Part shown: positions 7,732 to 17,359 of the stretch, piece after piece
Layout: every line of letters begins with the position of its first letter
How positions within the stretch are numbered: position 1 is the first letter of the stretch
Assembly: GCA_009780515.1 (NCBI GenBank)
Contig: WQZX01000004.1
Location: 4,696-68,695, forward strand
Reading direction: 5' to 3'
DNA length: 64,000 nt
DNA from: Nocardioidaceae bacterium
Lineage (GTDB): Bacteria; Actinomycetota; Actinomycetes; Propionibacteriales; Nocardioidaceae
Program-made: the position numbers and the translations under genes
Notes under the pieces: model-generated
What the model was told of the DNA's origin: nothing
Database searches by the model: none
What the model saw: only the letters and a program-made list of their open reading frames with translations

Positions 7732-9015
7732 CTATCGGGAGTCCGAGCTCAGCTCACCCACGCCTTCGGCACCGTCGAGGAAGTAGCTGTCCAGGATCTC
7801 CTGGGCGCGACGCTCGCCCCACGACTCCAGTCGGCGGCGACCCCAGCCGGTCGCCCCCAGCACGCGATAGCGCAGCACGTTGAGCGGCACGATGTAGGCG
7901 AAGGCCCAGGGCAGCCGTGTCGGCAGGCCGAGCTCGTGCATGCTCATGGGCCCCATGAAGACGGTGAGCATCGAGAGCAGGCGCTCTCGCTCGTAGCGGG
8001 CCCGCAGGGGCTGCAGCGCGGCCGGCCACCCGGCGTACCGGCGCGAGGCCTGGGCCTCGACGACGGCCTGGCTCAACCGGGGGCCGGCATCGGTGAGGCC
8101 GCCCTGCGCCAACAGCACGTGGTAGTTGATGCGGTGGCGTGCCCGCTCGTCGTCGACCAGGAACTCCGGCGCTACGCCCATCAGGAAGCCGACGTACTTC
8201 CACAGGTGCATCAGCGCCTTGGACTCGCGCCGGCCGACCGGCACGCCGAGGCCGCGCGCACCGAGCAGGAGCACCCCGTCGAACAGGCCGAGCGTGGATG
8301 CCTGGTCGGCCATGTTGATGGGGAGTCCCCACTGCTCGCTGTCCCAGCGGGCCTCGAACGCGTGGTTGACCATGGCGTGCATGAGCCGGACGTGCACCGA
8401 GAGCCGCCATCCCTCCCCACCGGGGCGACCGTCGCGAGGCGGCAGCAGGGATCCGGGGTCGGACAGGCTGCTCCCCCACTTCTGGGTCTCGGCGAGGCGA
8501 CGCAGGGTCTGGTCGCCGGTGAGCCCGCCCGTCTCGACCAGCAGGTCGGTCGGCCCACCGAAGCGGTAGCCGCCGATCAGCGAGAGCTGGAGGAGCACGT
8601 CGGAGGCGTTCTGGCCGAGGCGGCGGAAGAACCGGCCGCCCTGCTCCACGAGATCGCGGTCGAGCCACGCGGGCTCCGCCTCGGCCTCGGCGAAGAAGTC
8701 CGAGAGCGCCGGCGGCGGGTCGTCCACCGCCGCGATGCCGCGGTCGAGGGCACGCCTGAACTGATCCATCGTGACCCGGCCGGGGTCGCCGGCTCGCGAT
8801 CGCATCGCCTCCGCGAGCCGCGCGCCCACCTCGTCGCGCTCGTACATGGCCCGCCCGATGCGGTCCACCAGCTCCTCGTCGACGGTCCCGACCCGGCCGA
8901 GAAGGCGCAGTGGACGCCCGAGCCGCTCGTTGCGAGAGCCGCCGGCACGGAACCGGCGCGGGTAGTCGGCGGGCGGCGCGCCGTCGTTCGCCGTACGGGG
9001 CTGTGGTGTGGTCAC
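7732..9015 (-). CDS. Oxygenase MpaB family / DUF2236 protein
   Basis: Long conserved body (LLQLSLIGGYRFGGPTDLLVETGGLT..., VHVRLMHAMV...). The start is uncertain: GTG 9015 is preferred over ATG 9051, which would crowd the divergent tetR promoter. Confidence 0.75.
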   Translation of the reverse strand: MTTPQPRTANDGAPPADYPRRFRAGGSRNERLGRPLRLLGRVGTVDEELVDRIGRAMYERDEVGARLAEAMRSRAGDPGRVTMDQFRRALDRGIAAVDDPPPALSDFFAEAEAEPAWLDRDLVEQGGRFFRRLGQNASDVLLQLSLIGGYRFGGPTDLLVETGGLTGDQTLRRLAETQKWGSSLSDPGSLLPPRDGRPGGEGWRLSVHVRLMHAMVNHAFEARWDSEQWGLPINMADQASTLGLFDGVLLLGARGLGVPVGRRESKALMHLWKYVGFLMGVAPEFLVDDERARHRINYHVLLAQGGLTDAGPRLSQAVVEAQASRRYAGWPAALQPLRARYERERLLSMLTVFMGPMSMHELGLPTRLPWAFAYIVPLNVLRYRVLGATGWGRRRLESWGERRAQEILDSYFLDGAEGVGELSSDSR

Positions 9016-9029
9016 CCGTCGAGCATGAC

Positions 9030-9045
9030 GCGAGCAATCGCTCGC
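9030..9045. promoter_or_regulatory. Short palindrome in the divergent MpaB/TetR intergenic region (candidate TetR operator)
   Basis: GCGAGC-aatc-GCTCGC, located between the two divergent starts. Confidence 0.25.
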
Positions 9046-9076
9046 ATTCAAGTCGCGTTCCGGCTACGGTCGGCGC

Positions 9077-9679
9077 ATGCGCAAGCAGCCCCGACAGGCA
9101 CGCTCGAAGGCGATGGTCGAGCGGATCATCGAGGCCGGACGCCGGGTCCTCACCGAGGAGGGGTACGACGCCCTCACCACCAACAGGGTGGCCGTCGTGG
9201 CGGAGGTCAGCCCGGGCTCGCTCTACCAGTACTTCCCCGACAAGACCTCGATCCTCGACGAGGTGATCGAGCGCTACTGGGACGAGGTCTCCGAGCGGGT
9301 CACCGCGTCGCTGGCCGACCGCATCGCGCCCACGGACGACGGTGACGACCTGGCCGCGGCCCGCGCGATCACCGACGCCCTGCTCGCAGCGCTCGAGACC
9401 GATCCCAACCTGCTCCGTGTGCTCAGCGAGGAGCTCCCCGCCGCCCGCAACCGCCGGCGCCGGGCGACGCTCGAGCGGCGGGTCCGCGACCTGCTCTCGA
9501 CCTACCTCACGCTCCGGCCGGAGATCAGCAGCCGGCCCGACCCCTCGCTCACCGCGTGGGTGATGGTGATCGCGCTGGAGAACCTGGCGCTCCGTTGGGT
9601 CCTCGACGCGCCGGGCTTCGACCGCGACCGGCTGCTGGACGAGATCGTCGCGCTGGTGGGCGGCTACCTGGCCTCGTGA
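9077..9679 (+). CDS. TetR/AcrR family transcriptional regulator
   Basis: The N-terminal HTH region reads TTNRVAVVAEVSPGSLYQYFPDKTSIL. Confidence 0.9.
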   Translation: MRKQPRQARSKAMVERIIEAGRRVLTEEGYDALTTNRVAVVAEVSPGSLYQYFPDKTSILDEVIERYWDEVSERVTASLADRIAPTDDGDDLAAARAITDALLAALETDPNLLRVLSEELPAARNRRRRATLERRVRDLLSTYLTLRPEISSRPDPSLTAWVMVIALENLALRWVLDAPGFDRDRLLDEIVALVGGYLAS

Positions 9680-9763
9680 CCCCGCGCTCCGGCGTGCTCC
9701 ACTGCGCGGCCCGGCGGGGCGCCACGAGCCGCGGGCCAGCCCACGCCGCGGGCACGACAGTCG

Positions 9764-10408
9764 TCAGTCGCCGCGGCCGGTCAGCGCGAGCCCGATGCCG
9801 AGCCCGATCATCGACGTCCCGCCGATGGCGCCGAGCCGCTGCACGCGCTGGGGCGAGCTCGCGAACCAGTCACGGGCGCGGCCGGCGACGAACGCCCAGA
9901 TCGAGTCGCTGACGACGCCGATCACGACCGCGATCCAGCCCAGCATCAGCATCTGCTCGGTGGCCGGCGGCGCCCCCGCGGACCGGTCGACGAACGGCGG
10001 CAGCAGCGCCGCGAAGATCATGAACCCCTTCGGGTTGGTCAGCCCGACCACGAATCCCTGGCCCACGGCCCGACGTACGGTCATCGGCGCCCGCGGCTCG
10101 ACCGTGGTCAGCTGCAGCTCCTTGCGGTGGCGCCACGACTGGACCCCGAGGTAGACGAGGTAGGCGGCGCCGGCCAGCTTGATCGCCACGAAGACCGCGT
10201 CGGACCTGGCCACGATCGCGCCCAAGCCGGCGATCACCAGGCACATGATGACCGCGAGGCCGGTGCTGTTGCCGATCACGGTCGCGAGCGCGACGCGCGG
10301 GCCGTAGCTGATCGCCCGGCCGACGGCGAACAGCACGCTCGGGCCGGGGATGACGATGACGACGAAGGCGGCCAGGCCGAAGCCGAGCAGCTGGCCCAGC
10401 CCGACCAT
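9764..10408 (-). CDS. LysE/RhtB family amino-acid efflux translocator
   Basis: Start resembles FVVIVIPGPSVLF, the protein has six TM segments, and the length is typical of the family. Confidence 0.85.
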   Translation of the reverse strand: MVGLGQLLGFGLAAFVVIVIPGPSVLFAVGRAISYGPRVALATVIGNSTGLAVIMCLVIAGLGAIVARSDAVFVAIKLAGAAYLVYLGVQSWRHRKELQLTTVEPRAPMTVRRAVGQGFVVGLTNPKGFMIFAALLPPFVDRSAGAPPATEQMLMLGWIAVVIGVVSDSIWAFVAGRARDWFASSPQRVQRLGAIGGTSMIGLGIGLALTGRGD

Positions 10409-10411
10409 GGC

Positions 10412-10657
10412 TCAGGCGTCGGCGTCGTGGGTCTCGGCGGCCCGCTCGCGCTCGGCCGCCTCGGCGGCCATCTGGTCGGCGACGTCCTGACCGAAGACGC
10501 CCTCGGCCTTGTTCTTCTCCACCTTCTTCAGCTGACGGGTGAAGCTCCAGCACAGCAGGGCGACCAAGATGATCAGCCCGATGAAGACGGCGAAGCCGAT
10601 CGGTCCCGCGACGACGGAGTTGTCGTTGGGGACCGGGTCGGTGGCAAGGACGAACAT
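10412..10657 (-). CDS. Small membrane protein (Rv1083-like position next to mca)
   Basis: 81-aa ORF with one TM helix and an acidic tail. It lies 4 nt downstream of mca, in the conserved position. Confidence 0.6.
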   Translation of the reverse strand: MFVLATDPVPNDNSVVAGPIGFAVFIGLIILVALLCWSFTRQLKKVEKNKAEGVFGQDVADQMAAEAAERERAAETHDADA

Positions 10658-10661
10658 GGGC

Positions 10662-11594
10662 TCATTCTCCCACTTCGATGGTGATCCCGGCGAACAGGTC
10701 GTCCTCCGGGGTCTCGGTGGGGACGTGGCTCACCACCAGCTCGTAGTCCTCGGTCGGCCAGGTCTGCTGCTCCAGCTCGCGCGGAGTGGCGAACCACCAG
10801 CTGTCCGGGTCGATCTGGGTGGCGTGCGCCAGCAGCGCCTGGTCGCGCACCCCGAAGTAGTCGGCGCAGTGCACCTTGGTCGTGACACGCTCGTCCCAGG
10901 ACTCGTCGCGGGTCCATCGCTCGAGCCGCTCGCCGTAGTGCGACTCGAGGCCGTGCTCGAGCATCGCCTGGTGCAGCGCCAGCGCCTTCGGCCGGTTGAA
11001 CCCGTGGTGGTAGTAGAGCTTGCTGACCTGCCAGGCCTCCCCCAGCTCCGGTTCGTACGACGGGTCCCCGGCCTTCTCGAACGCGTACACCGACACCTTG
11101 TGGCACATGATGTGGTCGGGGTGCGGGTAGCCGCCGTTCTCGTCGTACGTCGTCATGACGTGGGGCCGGAGCGAGCGGATCAGCCGGATCAGCGGCCGGG
11201 CGCCCTCCTCGACGGAGACCAAGCCGAAGCAGCCGTCGGGCAGCGGCGGCCGGTTGCCCTCCTCGTCCGCCTCGGGCCAGCCGGAGTCGACGAAGCCCAG
11301 CCAGTCCTGGGTGACGCCCAGGATGTCGCGGGCACGGTCCATCTCCTGGCGGCGGATCTCGTGGATGTTCTCCAAGATGCCCGGACGGTCCATCTTCGGG
11401 TTCAGGATCGACCCGCGCTCACCGCCGGTGCAGGTGACGACGTGGACGTCGCCCCCCTCGGCGACGTACCGGGCGGTCGAGGCGGCTCCCTTGCTCGACT
11501 CGTCGTCGGGGTGCGCGTGGACGTGCATGAGGCGCAGGCCGGCGCGTGGTCCGGGCGACGTGGCGCCGGCCACTGCACGGTCATCGGAGGACAT
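10662..11594 (-). CDS. mca: Mycothiol conjugate amidase
   Basis: LRLMHVHAHPDDES..., HPDH, and family-wide identity through the C-terminus. The start is ATG 11594 or 11603. Confidence 0.9.
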   Translation of the reverse strand: MSSDDRAVAGATSPGPRAGLRLMHVHAHPDDESSKGAASTARYVAEGGDVHVVTCTGGERGSILNPKMDRPGILENIHEIRRQEMDRARDILGVTQDWLGFVDSGWPEADEEGNRPPLPDGCFGLVSVEEGARPLIRLIRSLRPHVMTTYDENGGYPHPDHIMCHKVSVYAFEKAGDPSYEPELGEAWQVSKLYYHHGFNRPKALALHQAMLEHGLESHYGERLERWTRDESWDERVTTKVHCADYFGVRDQALLAHATQIDPDSWWFATPRELEQQTWPTEDYELVVSHVPTETPEDDLFAGITIEVGE

Positions 11595-11635
11595 GGGCAC
11601 CATGGTAGGAATCGCCGCCATGGGAACATGAACCG

Positions 11636-12067
11636 GTGAGCACGACCAACGATTCCCACCCCGGCGACCGCCTCCAGCAGCGGTACGGCGGTCCGTCACG
11701 CACCAGTCGCCTGTTCGCGGTCGTCGTCGGTGGCCTGATCGTGATCGCGCTCCTCGCCTGGGTCGTCTGGGCGATCGCCGGCAGCGCCAACCCCGCCGTG
11801 TCCTCGCAGGAGGTCTCCAAGGACGAGCACGGCCCGCACCAGGCCTGGATCACCTACCAGATCAAGTACGGCGACACCCCTGTCCACGCGACGTGCACGG
11901 TGCGCGCCGTGGCCGCGGACGGCGAGGAGGTCGGGCGGACCAGCTTCCATCCGTCGCTGTCCGCGAAGCCCCAGGACACCTTCAAGGTCACCTTCCGCAC
12001 CACCCGCCTGGCCGACTCGATCGAGTGGCTCGGCTGCACCGCGCCCGGCCAGGTCCACCCCCACTGA
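11636..12067 (+). CDS. DUF4307 domain membrane-anchored protein
   Basis: Occupies the conserved slot between mca and greA and has a single N-terminal TM helix. Confidence 0.7.
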   Translation: MSTTNDSHPGDRLQQRYGGPSRTSRLFAVVVGGLIVIALLAWVVWAIAGSANPAVSSQEVSKDEHGPHQAWITYQIKYGDTPVHATCTVRAVAADGEEVGRTSFHPSLSAKPQDTFKVTFRTTRLADSIEWLGCTAPGQVHPH

Positions 12068-12133
12068 TCCCCGAGGGCCCGGTCCCGCGAGATCGCCCTC
12101 GCCCCTCGCCGGGATGTAGACTCGGGTGATCTG

Positions 12134-12158
12134 CCGCCCGTGGGTGACCCACGGGCGG
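12134..12158 (+). terminator. Intrinsic terminator-like hairpin between the DUF4307 gene and greA
   Basis: CCGCCCGTGGG-tga-CCCACGGGCGG (11-bp perfect stem), followed by the T-rich TGATCATTTAGTT. Confidence 0.55.
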
Positions 12159-12203
12159 TGATCATTTAGTTGGCACCGTCGAGTTAGTTGCAGGGAGGCC
12201 CCG

Positions 12204-12707
12204 ATGACGCAGACCGACCAGGGCAAGGTCTGGCTGACCCAGGATGCCTACGAGAAGCTGAAGTCCGAGCTGGAGCACCTCAAGGGCCCCCGTCGGGCGG
12301 AGATCGTCGCCGAGATCAGCGCCGCCCGCGACGAGGGCGACCTGAAGGAGAACGGCGGATACCACGCCGCACGCGAGGAGCAGGGCAAGAACGAGGCCCG
12401 CATCACCCAGCTCGAGCAGATGCTGGAGAAGGCCGAGATCGGCGAGACGCCGGCCGACGACGGCGTCGTCGAGCCCGGCATGGTCGTCACCTACAAGTTC
12501 GAGGGCGACGACGACGAGGACGCCGAGAGCTTCCTGCTGCTCGGCTCGCGCGAGGGCGCGCCGTCCGATGTCACCGTCTACACGCCCGAGGCCCCGCTCG
12601 GCGCGGCCATCAACGGCCGCAACAAGGGCGAGACGGTCAGCTTCACCGGCCCGACCGGCAAGGACCTCTCGGTCGTCATCCTGGACGCCAAGCCCTACAA
12701 GGCCTGA
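12204..12707 (+). CDS. greA: Transcription elongation factor GreA
   Basis: Contains WLTQDAYEKLKSELEHL and DLKENGGYHAAREEQ. Confidence 0.95.
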   Translation: MTQTDQGKVWLTQDAYEKLKSELEHLKGPRRAEIVAEISAARDEGDLKENGGYHAAREEQGKNEARITQLEQMLEKAEIGETPADDGVVEPGMVVTYKFEGDDDEDAESFLLLGSREGAPSDVTVYTPEAPLGAAINGRNKGETVSFTGPTGKDLSVVILDAKPYKA

Positions 12708-12721
12708 CCGCCGCGGCGGTG

Positions 12722-13942
12722 TCAGCCGCTGACCACGAAGCCGTGCTCGCGCACCCGCGCGAGCACGGCTTCTGCGTGCTCGGCCCCGCGGGTCTCCAGC
12801 TGCAGGTGGACGACGACCTCGTCGACGTGGAGCGCGGGCAGCACCCGCTCGTGAGCGACCTCCACGACGTTCGCACCGGCGTCGGCGATCTCGGTCAGCA
12901 ACGACACCAGGCCACCCGGCACGTCACGGATGTGTACGTCGAGGCGGAGGTAGCGGCCCGCGGCGGCCATGCCGTGCTGGATGACCTTCCCGAGCAGCAG
13001 CGGGTCGATGTTGCCGCCGGACAGCACCACGACGACCGGCCCGGCGACCTCGGTGCCCTCGCGGGCGAGGTCCATGAGGGCGGCCACGGCCGCGGCGCCG
13101 GCGGGCTCGACGACCAGCTTCTCGCGCTCGACCAGCGCCAGCAGGCTGCGCGAGAGCGACTCCTCGGAGACCGTGACCACGTCGTCGACGTACTTCTGGA
13201 CCAGCGGGAGGGTCAGCTCGCCGGGGCGGCCGACCGCGATGCCGTCGGCCATCGTCGTCGTCCGATCGAGCCGGACCGGGTGACCCGCGGCGAGCGAGGG
13301 CGGGATGGCCGCGGCGCCGGCGGCCTGCACCCCCACCACACGTACGCCGGGCATCCGCGACCGCACCGCGAGCGCGACCCCGCCGAGCAGGCCGCCACCA
13401 CCCGCCGGAACCATCACCGTCGCTGCGTCGGGGCACTGCTCGGCGACCTCGAGGCCGAGCGTGCCCTGGCCCGCCACGATGTCCTCGTGGTCGAACGGGT
13501 GGATCAGCGTCGCGCCCGTCTCGGCGGCGCGCTCCTCGGCCAGCGCCAGGCAGTCCTCGAGTGTCGGCCCGCCGAAGACCACCTCGGCGCCGTACCCACG
13601 CGTCGCACGCTCCTTCGGCAGCGGCGCGCCGTCGGGCATGAAGACGGTCGCGGGGATGCCGTGCTGCTGGGCCGCGAGCGCGACGCCCTGGGCGTGGTTG
13701 CCGGCCGATGCCGCGACGACCCCGCGGGCACGCACCTCCGGTGAGAGCCGGGCGATGCGGACGGCAGCGCCGCGGACCTTGAACGAGCCCGTGCGCTGGA
13801 GGTTCTCGCACTTGAGCCACACCGGCGTGCCGACGAGGGCGCTGAGCCAGCGCGACTCGTGCATGGGTGTGCGCACCGCGACGCCGTCGACCAACGGCCG
13901 CGCGGCCTCGATGTCCGTGACGTCCAACTCAGCCACCAGCAC
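12722..13942 (-). CDS. ilvA: Threonine ammonia-lyase (short form)
   Basis: Has the PLP lysine context SFKVRGA, plus GNHAQG and a C-terminal ACT-like domain. The GTG start at 13942 overlaps the end of the upstream gene. Confidence 0.85.
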   Translation of the reverse strand: MLVAELDVTDIEAARPLVDGVAVRTPMHESRWLSALVGTPVWLKCENLQRTGSFKVRGAAVRIARLSPEVRARGVVAASAGNHAQGVALAAQQHGIPATVFMPDGAPLPKERATRGYGAEVVFGGPTLEDCLALAEERAAETGATLIHPFDHEDIVAGQGTLGLEVAEQCPDAATVMVPAGGGGLLGGVALAVRSRMPGVRVVGVQAAGAAAIPPSLAAGHPVRLDRTTTMADGIAVGRPGELTLPLVQKYVDDVVTVSEESLSRSLLALVEREKLVVEPAGAAAVAALMDLAREGTEVAGPVVVVLSGGNIDPLLLGKVIQHGMAAAGRYLRLDVHIRDVPGGLVSLLTEIADAGANVVEVAHERVLPALHVDEVVVHLQLETRGAEHAEAVLARVREHGFVVSG

Positions 13943-15266
13943 TCGCCTCGCCCTTCTCCTTCTCGGCATCGACGCTCGCGAGGTCCGCGAGGTGGAGGAC
14001 CACGGCGTTGCCCGCCGCAGCCAGAGGTACGGCGACGAGCGCCCCCGCCACGCCCGCGACGAGCACGCCCGACGCGATCGCCACGATCACGCCGAGCGGG
14101 TGCAGCGAGACCCACCGGCCCATCAGGAACGGCTGCAGCACGTGGCCCTCGACCTGCTGCACGACGATGACCACCGCGAGCATGAGCGCCGCGGTGACCG
14201 GACCGTGGTCGACGAGCGCGACCAGGACCGCGACGGTGCCGGCGATGGTCGCGCCGATCATCGGGACGAACGCGCCGAGGAAGACCAGCACGCCGATCGC
14301 CAGCACGAACGGCACCTTCAAGATCGCGGCGCCGAGCGCGACACCGACCGCGTCGACCAGGGCGACGATCACGGTCGCGCGCACGAACTGCACGAGGGAC
14401 AGCCACGCCACCCGGCCCGAGCTGTCCACGCGCTCGCGGGCGCCACGAGGCGCGATCCGGACCAGCCACGCCCAGATCCGCCTCCCGTCGGCGAGGAAGA
14501 AGTAGGTGGAGAAGAGCGTGATGAAGAAGCCCGCGAGCACATGGCCGAGCGCGGAGCCGACCTCTGTCACACGGCCGACGATCTTGCCGCCCTCGGACTG
14601 GGTGCGCAGGGAGTCCTGGGCCCGCTGGATCCAGTGGTTGATCTGGCTGTTGCTCGCGTGGAGCGGCCCGTCCTTCAGCCACCCGCGGATCTCGCCGAGG
14701 CCCTTGACCGTCGAGTCGGTCAGGTCCTGCGCGCCGTTGGCGACCTGCTGGCCGGCGAAGGTCAGCAGCGCCACCACGACCGCGAGTCCGAACACCACGA
14801 CCAGCAGTGCCGCGAGGCCGCGCGGGATGCGCAGCCGCTCGAGCCGGCCGACCGACGGGGCGGCCAGCGCGCTGAAGAGCATCGCGATCGCCAGCGGGAC
14901 GGTGACGACGGCGAAGTAGCCGGCCAGCCGCAGCAGGACGTAGCCGCCGAAGCCGATGATCAGCAGCCGCCACGACCAGGCCGCCGCGAGGTCGAGGCCG
15001 TAGGGCACCGCGGCCGGGCGGAGGTCGGACGGTCCGGTACCGAGGTCGACGGGCTGGTCGCGCTCCCGCATGTGCCAGAGCTGGGCGAACCGGCCGATCA
15101 GGTACCGCTCTCGCCGGTCGGCCTCGGCGACCTCCTTGCGGACCGCCTCCTCGCGCTCGGGATCCTCGACCGGGTCCGCCGCCTCGTCGGGCTGCAGATC
15201 GGGCTCTGTGTCGGGCTGTACGTCGGGCTGTGGGTCGGCCGGGTGCTCGCCGGTGTCGTCGCTCAT
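13929..15266 (-). CDS. AI-2E family (PerM-like) transporter
   Basis: This is the real part of listed ORF 13929..16142. The ATG at 15266 forms an ATGA overlap with the metB stop. The protein has an acidic N-terminal tail and then 7-8 TM segments. Confidence 0.8.
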   Translation of the reverse strand: MSDDTGEHPADPQPDVQPDTEPDLQPDEAADPVEDPEREEAVRKEVAEADRRERYLIGRFAQLWHMRERDQPVDLGTGPSDLRPAAVPYGLDLAAAWSWRLLIIGFGGYVLLRLAGYFAVVTVPLAIAMLFSALAAPSVGRLERLRIPRGLAALLVVVFGLAVVVALLTFAGQQVANGAQDLTDSTVKGLGEIRGWLKDGPLHASNSQINHWIQRAQDSLRTQSEGGKIVGRVTEVGSALGHVLAGFFITLFSTYFFLADGRRIWAWLVRIAPRGARERVDSSGRVAWLSLVQFVRATVIVALVDAVGVALGAAILKVPFVLAIGVLVFLGAFVPMIGATIAGTVAVLVALVDHGPVTAALMLAVVIVVQQVEGHVLQPFLMGRWVSLHPLGVIVAIASGVLVAGVAGALVAVPLAAAGNAVVLHLADLASVDAEKEKGEASAGG

Positions 15267-16423
15267 CCGAGGGCCCGTGCAAGGTCGGCGACCAGGTCGT
15301 CGGGCGTCTCGATGCCCACGCTGAGCCTGACCAGGTCCGACGGCACCTCCAGCTCGGTGCCGGCGACGCTGGCGTGGGTCATCCGGCCGGGGTGCTCGAT
15401 CAGCGACTCGACGCCACCGAGCGACTCGCCGAGCGTGAACACCTCCGTCGCCGCGCAGACGGCCAGCGCCTGCTCCTCGCCGCCGGTGACACGGAAGCTG
15501 ACCATCCCGCCGAACCGGCGCATCTGCCGCTGCGCGACCTCGTGTCCGGGGTGGGTCTCGAGCCCCGGGTAGATCACGTCGCCGACGGCCGGGTGCGAGG
15601 TCAGGAAGTCGACGACGCGCTCGGCGTTGTCGCAGTGACGCTCCATCCGCAGCGCCAGGGTCTTCAGGCCCCGCAGCGTCAGCCACGCGTCGAACGGGCC
15701 GGCCACAGCACCGATGGCGTTCTGGTGGAAGCCGATCCGCTCGGCGAGGTCGGCATCGCGCACGACGATCGCTCCCCCGACGACGTCGGAGTGGCCGCCG
15801 GCGTACTTGGTGGTGGAGTGGACGACGACGTCGGCACCGAGGGCCAACGGCTGCTGGAGGTACGACGACGCGAACGTGTTGTCGACGACCAGCAGCGCGC
15901 CGGCGTCGTGGGCCACCTCGGCGATGGCCGCGATGTCGCCGATCGTGAGCAGCGGGTTGGTGGGCGTCTCGAGCCAGACCATCCGCGTCTCGCCCGGGCG
16001 GATCGCGGCGGCGACGGCGTCGACGTCGGACACGTCGGCGGGGCTGTGTGGCAGCCCCCACCCCTGCTCGACCTTGTCGAAGAGGCGGAAGGTGCCGCCG
16101 TACGCGTCGTCGGGGAGGACGACGTGGTCGCCGGGCTTGCACAGCGCGCGGGTGAGGGTGTCCTCGGCGGCCAGCCCGGAGGCGAAGGCGAAGCCGCGCG
16201 CGCCGCCCTCGAGGGCGGCCAGCGTCGACTCGAGCGCGGTGCGGGTGGGGTTTGCGGAGCGGCTGTACTCGTAGCCGCCGCGCAGCCCACCGACGCCGTC
16301 CTGGGCGTAGGTGGACGTCGCGTAGATGGGCGGGATCACCGCCCCCGTGGTCGGGTCGGGCTCGTAGCCGGAGTGGATCGCGCGGGTCTCGAACCCGGCC
16401 TGGCTGAGGTCGCGGTCGCTCAC
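15263..16423 (-). CDS. metB: Cystathionine gamma-synthase/lyase family PLP enzyme
   Basis: Contains ETPTNP and STTKYAGGHSD (PLP-Lys), with full-length similarity to the family. Confidence 0.9.
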   Translation of the reverse strand: MSDRDLSQAGFETRAIHSGYEPDPTTGAVIPPIYATSTYAQDGVGGLRGGYEYSRSANPTRTALESTLAALEGGARGFAFASGLAAEDTLTRALCKPGDHVVLPDDAYGGTFRLFDKVEQGWGLPHSPADVSDVDAVAAAIRPGETRMVWLETPTNPLLTIGDIAAIAEVAHDAGALLVVDNTFASSYLQQPLALGADVVVHSTTKYAGGHSDVVGGAIVVRDADLAERIGFHQNAIGAVAGPFDAWLTLRGLKTLALRMERHCDNAERVVDFLTSHPAVGDVIYPGLETHPGHEVAQRQMRRFGGMVSFRVTGGEEQALAVCAATEVFTLGESLGGVESLIEHPGRMTHASVAGTELEVPSDLVRLSVGIETPDDLVADLARALG

Positions 16424-16433
16424 CCCCGCGAGC

Positions 16434-16982
16434 CTACTCAGGGATGACGACAGCCCGCTCGACCCGGCGGCGCCAGCGGCCCGCGAGGCCGGCGCCCACG
16501 AGACCGACGGCGATCAGCGGGAACTCGTACGGCGCCGCGCCGAACCACAGCTGGGTCGAGGGCAGGCTGCGCGAGAAGCTCGCGAAGCCGGCCGTGTCGA
16601 TCTGGTACCAGAGGAACGGGATCACGCCGAACAGCAGGCCGCCGACCAGCGGGCCGACCGCTGAGATCCGTGCGCTGACCGCGACGAGGAGGAGCAGGAC
16701 CGCCGCCACCGCCATGATCAGGAGGTCCCTGGGCGTGTGGATGCCACGGAGGTAGATCTGCTTCCCGGCGGCGTAGTCGCGGGCACCGTAGTCGAAGAGG
16801 AACAGGCCGATCGGCGTCACGACGATCGCGACGACCAGGCCGATGACGTGCCGCAGCACCATCGGCAGACCGCGCTTGCGCGCGGGCAGGACGGTGGCGG
16901 GCGGCACGGGCACGGCCGGGGCGGGGCTCTGCGGCTGGTCGGTCATAGGACCACCTTGCCGCAGAACGGCCGGGTTGGACAT
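16434..16982 (-). CDS. Hypothetical integral membrane protein
   Basis: 182-aa ORF with a Pro-rich N-terminus and 4 TM segments. The start may instead be the internal ATG at 16946. Confidence 0.55.
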   Translation of the reverse strand: MSNPAVLRQGGPMTDQPQSPAPAVPVPPATVLPARKRGLPMVLRHVIGLVVAIVVTPIGLFLFDYGARDYAAGKQIYLRGIHTPRDLLIMAVAAVLLLLVAVSARISAVGPLVGGLLFGVIPFLWYQIDTAGFASFSRSLPSTQLWFGAAPYEFPLIAVGLVGAGLAGRWRRRVERAVVIPE

Positions 16983-16993
16983 GACCCCGTCAG

Positions 16994-17359
16994 CTAGCCG
17001 CCCGAGGCGGCGAGCACCCGCACGATGCCGTCGAGATCGACCGAGCCGTCAGCGACGGCCATCACCAGCTCGAACGCCGCGTCGTCGGACATCTCGACCG
17101 TGACGCCGTTGATGCGCAGGAAGACGTCGGCCGCGAGCCACGCGAGGCGCTTGTCGCCGTCGACCAGTGCATGGTTCTTGCAGATCGAGTGCAGGAGCGC
17201 GGCCGTCTTCTCCAGCAGGGACGGATACGCGTCGTCGCCGAAGACCGTCGTCCGTGGTCGTGCGACGGCGGCCTCGAGCAGCCCGGGGTCGCGCACGGGA
17301 CCTGCCCCGAGATCGGCGGTGAGGCTCAGCAGATCGTCGAGGTCGAGGTACTCGACCAT
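16994..17359 (-). CDS. doc: Doc (death-on-curing) / Fic-fold toxin
   Basis: 121 aa with a Fic-type motif region reading HALVDGDKRLA. The ATG at 17359 overlaps the antitoxin stop by 1 nt. Confidence 0.8.
   Translation of the reverse strand: MVEYLDLDDLLSLTADLGAGPVRDPGLLEAAVARPRTTVFGDDAYPSLLEKTAALLHSICKNHALVDGDKRLAWLAADVFLRINGVTVEMSDDAAFELVMAVADGSVDLDGIVRVLAASGG

Noticed and set aside
7024-9345. 773-aa ORF on the plus strand (similar cases: 13305..15572 +, 40982..42646 +, 43681..45816 +, 45132..46988 +, 47069..49111 +, 35031..37121 - upstream part, 54535..56646 - upstream part, 61089..63179 -)
   Set aside because: These are shadow ORFs typical of high-GC DNA. They lie antisense or out of frame to genes with unmistakable family signatures (SDR, MpaB, EF-Tu, EF-G, PhoH2 and others). 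Their translations are Arg/Gly/Asp/Pro-rich low-complexity strings with no motifs.
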